Source: a virus. Taken from it: a stretch of DNA of 10,239 bases. The notes under the pieces are model-generated. The model did not search any database. It worked only from the letters and a program-made list of their open reading frames with translations, and had not been told where the DNA came from. Positions 7,252-10,239 of this stretch are shown in pieces (the first letter of the stretch is position 1; every line of letters begins with the position of its first letter). Location of the stretch: IMG/VR virus record IMGVR_UViG_3300012984_000442, positions 1 to 10,239 of that record, one strand, 5' to 3'. The position numbers and the translations under genes are program-made.

Positions 7252-7500
7252 ATGGACGATCGCGTGTGCCCTGGTGACATCGTCTGGATCGGTCCTGACA
7301 CCTCGTTGTACGAGCGTCCGGACGTCTTCGAACCCATCAACGATGCGTCTCGATTGACCGACGACTGGTGCATCGCGCTGGTCATCTGGGCTCGTAACGA
7401 CGGCTGGACATTCGTGTTACATCACGATTCCTTGTTCTTTGTTGGGACACGTTGCCTGATGTCGATCAACAGGACACCGAGTAGTGTTAGGGACAGATGA
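7252..7500 (+). CDS. Small paralog L (82 aa)
   Basis: Begins MDDRVCPGDIVWIGPD.., with CPGD as in H. The stop overlaps the next ATG (ATGA). Confidence 0.55.
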   Translation: MDDRVCPGDIVWIGPDTSLYERPDVFEPINDASRLTDDWCIALVIWARNDGWTFVLHHDSLFFVGTRCLMSINRTPSSVRDR

Positions 7501-7976
7501 GCTCCATACAGACGTATGACGCCTCAGACATCGTAGCAATAGAGGCACCTGAAAAGACACCAGGTTCTGTCGTCCGACACTGGGGTGACAAGAGATCTTT
7601 GGGTACAGTCATCTCGATTGACGAGAGACATATCACCTCTCGTCAGGTCGCAGTGCTATGGTCAAAGGAACCTCGTGTCGAACCTGAGATCCCGACCCAA
7701 CGTGACCCTCGATTGCTTGGTGCCAAATGGTCGATAACCCAGGAAGACGCAGACAAGGACATGATGGGCGTGCGTCGCCGACCGCTCGCCTCTCACTCAA
7801 TCGAGTGTGAAGAGAGGTATTCGATGCATGACTTTGATGAAAATCTGTCGAACAAGTTTTTCAACGAGCGTGCTGACGTGACGTTTCATGAGGACGGTAC
7901 TGTCGTCGTCAAGCGACGTCTCGAGGGAACGCCTGACAACCTACGTTACGTCAAGGACAGGTACGGTCAAAGATGA
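7497..7976 (+). CDS. Paralog O (159 aa), 'MSxxQTYD...PGSVVRHWG' subfamily with C-terminal extension
   Basis: ATGA overlap. MSSIQTYDASDIVAIEAPEKTPGSVVRHWGDKRSLGTVISIDERHITSRQVAVLW aligns with Q, T and S. Confidence 0.6.
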   Translation: MSSIQTYDASDIVAIEAPEKTPGSVVRHWGDKRSLGTVISIDERHITSRQVAVLWSKEPRVEPEIPTQRDPRLLGAKWSITQEDADKDMMGVRRRPLASHSIECEERYSMHDFDENLSNKFFNERADVTFHEDGTVVVKRRLEGTPDNLRYVKDRYGQR

Positions 7977-8314
7977 AGACTGATCGAGTCATTCCGGGCC
8001 AGCTATGGAAATGGAACAATTCACCAACCACGTGGAAAAATACTACCACCACTAGCGATGGGTCATATTACCTCGAACCCGTGTCTGAGGCCCGGCGGCG
8101 GTTTGAGGTTCCTGTCGACGATAGCGGTGGGTACAGGCTCATCATGCCTGGTGACACGTTCCTCATCGTCACTACGGACGATCTCGGACCCTGGATCGAC
8201 AAGGTCTCTGTTTCATCAAAACGTAACCGTTGGCACGTCGCCCTACTGAACGACAGCCTTGTTTGGATCAGCCAGAGTTGTTTTGAGAACGCAACAGTAG
8301 TGAGAGAACCATGA
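7973..8314 (+). CDS. Paralog N (113 aa) with two motif copies
   Basis: ATGA overlaps at both ends. Contains IPGQLWKW near the N-terminus and a second MPGDTFLIV in the middle, suggesting an internal duplication of the small domain. Confidence 0.55.
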   Translation: MKTDRVIPGQLWKWNNSPTTWKNTTTTSDGSYYLEPVSEARRRFEVPVDDSGGYRLIMPGDTFLIVTTDDLGPWIDKVSVSSKRNRWHVALLNDSLVWISQSCFENATVVREP

Positions 8315-8571
8315 CGCTTAAGACAAAGAAGCGGCTTCACCAGCAATCAGTCAACTCGAAACATTCATGGCGCGTTGGTGAACTATGTACTGCAGTCTAT
8401 GATAACCTGAGCGAGGGCGTCATCTATCGGGTCACCAAATCACCAGGTTTACATCGAGCGCTATTCACTCTACACATACGGTGTTGGGTATCACTCCCGT
8501 TTTTGGGGTCATCGTTGACATCGAGGGAAAGCGAACCCGAAACCTTGACACGAGATACTGCACGCCTCTGA
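8311..8571 (+). CDS. Paralog P (86 aa), Tudor-like signature
   Basis: ATGA overlap. SWRVGELCTAVYDNLSEGVIYRVTK resembles the Tudor-domain core (W-VGD-C-A-.-.EDG-.Y-A-I) and aligns with PGSMVFHREYDKSSYGMIIHV of Q. The 3' third overlaps an alternative-frame ORF (8481-8774), so the true C-terminus is uncertain. Confidence 0.45.
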   Translation: MTLKTKKRLHQQSVNSKHSWRVGELCTAVYDNLSEGVIYRVTKSPGLHRALFTLHIRCWVSLPFLGSSLTSRESEPETLTRDTARL

Positions 8572-8643
8572 CGCTGGTCGACCTAGGCGTCGCATACATG
8601 AATTTCGGGATGTTCATAGCACAACAAGCCAAGGGACCAGGAG

Positions 8644-8898
8644 ATGATGTCGAGAAGGGAGACGCAGAGGATGTTCCCGCCGGGAGCGATGGTGATATCA
8701 AAGAGCAATCTCAAAATCTCGCTGATCGTGGGCTACGCACCGATCCCACCACAAACATCCAAGAGCGGCCGTGAGATATCACCCGCGTCTTGGGAGGCGC
8801 TTGTCCTGAGCTCGACAGGGACGTTCAGGACAGTCTTTTGGGCATCGCTGGACAACGAATTCTACACTGTTGACTTTTGGAAGAACCTACAAGAGTGA
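8644..8898 (+). CDS. Paralog R (84 aa; start uncertain, possibly ATG 8671)
   Basis: Contains ..RMFPPGAMVISKSNLKISLIVGY.. with the family motif. The stop couples to Q's GTG by a GTGA overlap. It is preceded by an atypical 72-nt gap in this frame. Confidence 0.45.
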   Translation: MMSRRETQRMFPPGAMVISKSNLKISLIVGYAPIPPQTSKSGREISPASWEALVLSSTGTFRTVFWASLDNEFYTVDFWKNLQE

Positions 8899-9212
8899 CG
8901 CTCGAACAACACGTCTTAGATGAGATCTGTGCTATTGGGCGCTGTTACGGCGACAAGAAGCAACTAACACCAGGGTCGATGGTTTTCCATCGTGAGTACG
9001 ACAAGTCGTCGTATGGCATGATCATCCACGTTGACGACACGAACGTCACGGTGTTATGGACGCGAGAACCCAAGACGTCAGGCTTTGACTTCAGGGCGCT
9101 AGCGATGCCGCTCGCTCGACCAATCGGGTTTGCTAAGATCGCTCGTCAGTTGATCCAGGTCGATGAGTTACCAACGGGAGCTCACGTGTTTTACGCAAAG
9201 GACGAAGAGTGA
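8895..9212 (+). CDS. Paralog Q (105 aa), PGSxVxH...VLW subfamily
   Basis: GTG 8895 forms a GTGA overlap and is in frame with the track ORF 8877. ..TPGSMVFHREYDKSSYGMIIHVDDTNVTVLWTREPK.. aligns with O, T and S. Confidence 0.6.
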   Translation: MTLEQHVLDEICAIGRCYGDKKQLTPGSMVFHREYDKSSYGMIIHVDDTNVTVLWTREPKTSGFDFRALAMPLARPIGFAKIARQLIQVDELPTGAHVFYAKDEE

Positions 9213-9502
9213 GCCAGCTTCAGACGTACGAGTCACCAGCGCACTACTAGGTCGTAGAGCTTGAAGGGAACAGCGGTGCAATCAACCTGAGTCCAGGCTC
9301 GTTGGTGCGGCACGAGGACTTCGAGGGAACGAAGGGGATGCTGATCTCGAATGGGAGCGACTCTCTCGTCGTGTTGTGGTCTGTTCCCCCGCCAGGTCCC
9401 ATCTTTGTCGGTGAGGAGGCCATGATAAGAGACATCCAGAACGAGATCGACGCTGACATCATCAGCATTCTCAGAACACAAGCGAGAGCGTGGCCCAAAT
9501 GA
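9209..9502 (+). pseudogene. Paralog T with in-frame amber (TAG 9248-9250): nonsense-disrupted member of the MSQLxTY.. subfamily
   Basis: GTG 9209 forms a GTGA overlap. It reads VSQLQTYESPAHY*VVELEGNSGAINLSPGSLVRHEDFEGTKGMLISNGSDSLVVLW.. in a single frame. Both sides of the TAG align with O and S (the TAG aligns with the T/A in DILTIE / DIVAIE). The downstream part is intact up to a coupled TGA stop. Confidence 0.55.
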
Positions 9503-9855
9503 GCCAGCTCGCGACGTACGACCTGCCTGACATCCTCACGATCGAGGTCGACAAGCACAACGTTCCCGTCTATCCCAACCCGGGGACGCTCGTCAAACAC
9601 AAAAGCGATCTCAGTTCGCTGGGAACTTGCATCTCACGTCACTGGGGACCTGACGACAAGCCCATGCAGGTCACGGTCCTATGGGCAAAACCGCCGCGAA
9701 CGTTCTCAAACGTCATTTTTCCGAAGGTTCGTAAAACGTCGCCGACTTTGCTTGCTAACCAGCTCGTCAGCGTCCAACCGATGACTGCACCCGCTGGCGG
9801 CATCTTTTACATGAATTACACGTATGGTTCAGGCTCGAACGGCGGCAAGGTGTAA
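9499..9855 (+). CDS. Paralog S (118 aa)
   Basis: ATG 9499 forms an ATGA overlap. MSQLATYDLPDILTIEVDKHNVPVYPNPGTLVKHKSDLSSLGTCISRHWGPDDKPMQVTVLWAKPP... The first ~24 nt are nearly identical to T's 5' end at the DNA level. The stop is TAA. Confidence 0.6.
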   Translation: MSQLATYDLPDILTIEVDKHNVPVYPNPGTLVKHKSDLSSLGTCISRHWGPDDKPMQVTVLWAKPPRTFSNVIFPKVRKTSPTLLANQLVSVQPMTAPAGGIFYMNYTYGSGSNGGKV

Positions 9856-9861
9856 CGTTGA

Positions 9862-9885
9862 CGGACCTCGTGATAGGATGAGGAC
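9862..9885 (+). promoter_or_regulatory. Conserved 5' motif copy 2 (gaCCTCGTGATAGGATGAGgac directly abutting ATG 9886)
   Basis: Near-identical to 3702-3725. A TTGACG lies at 9857-9862, but only about 11 nt separate it from TAGGAT, too short for a canonical sigma70 -35/-10 pair. Confidence 0.4.
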
Positions 9886-10239
9886 ATGCCCGCTACCCCT
9901 GACAGGCCTAAGACGCTAGCTGAGTGTGGATTCAAGCTCAATGAGCTCGTGTTGTTCTCGAGCGACAAGGAGAGCACCGGCGGGATCATCTTCCAGATCG
10001 TCGAGGACAACGAGCCGGTCGTGCCCGCTACGAAATCGAGAGCGACGACCCGAACTGTCCGAAACTGGAACACTCCGACGGGAACGCCTGAGGTCACGAC
10101 TGTCCCGGACATCGAGTACGGAGCCTGGGACGCGAAAGGAAAGAAGATCTCCTACGCTAACACTGTCGGTTTCATCCGCGTCAAACCCGTCTTCGAGTTC
10201 TTCGCGACACCCAAGGGAAAGAAGCCCAAAGGCAAGGGC
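9886..10239 (+). CDS. Hypothetical protein, 3'-truncated at window end (118+ aa), Lys/Gly-rich tail
   Basis: ATG 9886 with an open frame to the window end (absent from the ORF track because no stop is reached). Strongly GC3-biased codons like the MVP/flotillin genes. Ends ..ATPKGKKPKGKG. Confidence 0.55.
   Translation, partial: MPATPDRPKTLAECGFKLNELVLFSSDKESTGGIIFQIVEDNEPVVPATKSRATTRTVRNWNTPTGTPEVTTVPDIEYGAWDAKGKKISYANTVGFIRVKPVFEFFATPKGKKPKGKG

Noticed and set aside
7240-7254. Possibility that TAG is a reassigned sense codon (M stop TAG in frame with L; in-frame TAG in T)
   Set aside because: The two large conserved genes (about 1180 codons) contain no in-frame TAG. TGA is used consistently as the stop in coupled junctions. 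Two in-frame coincidences are weak evidence, so a nonsense mutation in T is more parsimonious. It is still worth a genome-wide check.
9233-9600. Minus-strand ORFs 9233-9481 and 9247-9600 opposite paralogs T and S
   Set aside because: They are antisense to genes with conserved family motifs and coupled junctions, and nothing supports them.
9857-9879. TTGACG (9857-9862) plus TAGGAT (9874-9879) as a canonical sigma70 -35/-10 pair
   Set aside because: The spacer is only about 11 nt, far from the 17±1 optimum. The -10-like element may still function in an extended -10/leaderless mode.
1-10239. Search for tRNA/rRNA, CRISPR repeats, transposase/IS terminal inverted repeats
   Set aside because: There are no cloverleaf-like conserved tRNA motifs and no regularly spaced direct repeats. 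No transposase- or integrase-like ORFs are recognisable. The only repeats are the short conserved 5' motifs and the paralogous gene starts.

Overview
All supportable genes in this window are on the + strand, and most junctions are 4-nt ATGA/GTGA start/stop overlaps (translational coupling), so the window reads as a prokaryotic or phage-style operon. I found no rRNA, tRNA, CRISPR or transposase signatures. Three parts stand out.

(1) Positions 2-1699 encode the 3' portion of a gene (its 5' end lies upstream of the window) for an unmistakable major vault protein (MVP) homolog: MVP repeats, an SPFH-like shoulder, a cap-helix coiled coil and a cap-ring. A hairpin terminator follows.

(2) Positions 1785-3638 encode a flotillin-like SPFH/band-7 protein (N-terminal TM helix, SPFH domain, EA-rich flotillin-type coiled-coil tail). 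A second hairpin follows.

(3) Positions 3726-9855 hold a dense array of about 20 small genes (61-159 aa). It begins with a small 2-TM membrane protein and a MazG-like NTP pyrophosphohydrolase. The rest is dominated by diverged paralogs sharing an N-proximal 'PG[DQST]x[VLI]' small beta-barrel (SH3/Tudor/KOW-like) signature. One subfamily (O, Q, T, S) is 'MSxxQTY[DE]...PG[ST]xV[RK]H...G.[IC]I...V.VLW'.

The array appears to be built from two roughly 3-kb modules, each headed by a paralogous small membrane protein whose ATG is preceded by a conserved TAGGATGA-N4-ATG motif. A third, near-identical 26-nt copy of the motif precedes the last gene, which is 3'-truncated. One array member carries an in-frame TAG, and one stretch (8481-8774) has overlapping alternative-frame coding potential that suggests a frameshift or decay.

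The array is visibly less GC-rich than the MVP/flotillin genes. An MVP shell protein, a flotillin-type SPFH protein and a hyper-paralogous small-protein array together form a candidate undescribed system, possibly a vault/SPFH-cage-associated or conflict (defense/anti-defense) locus. All homology calls are from motif recognition by eye. No database searches were run.
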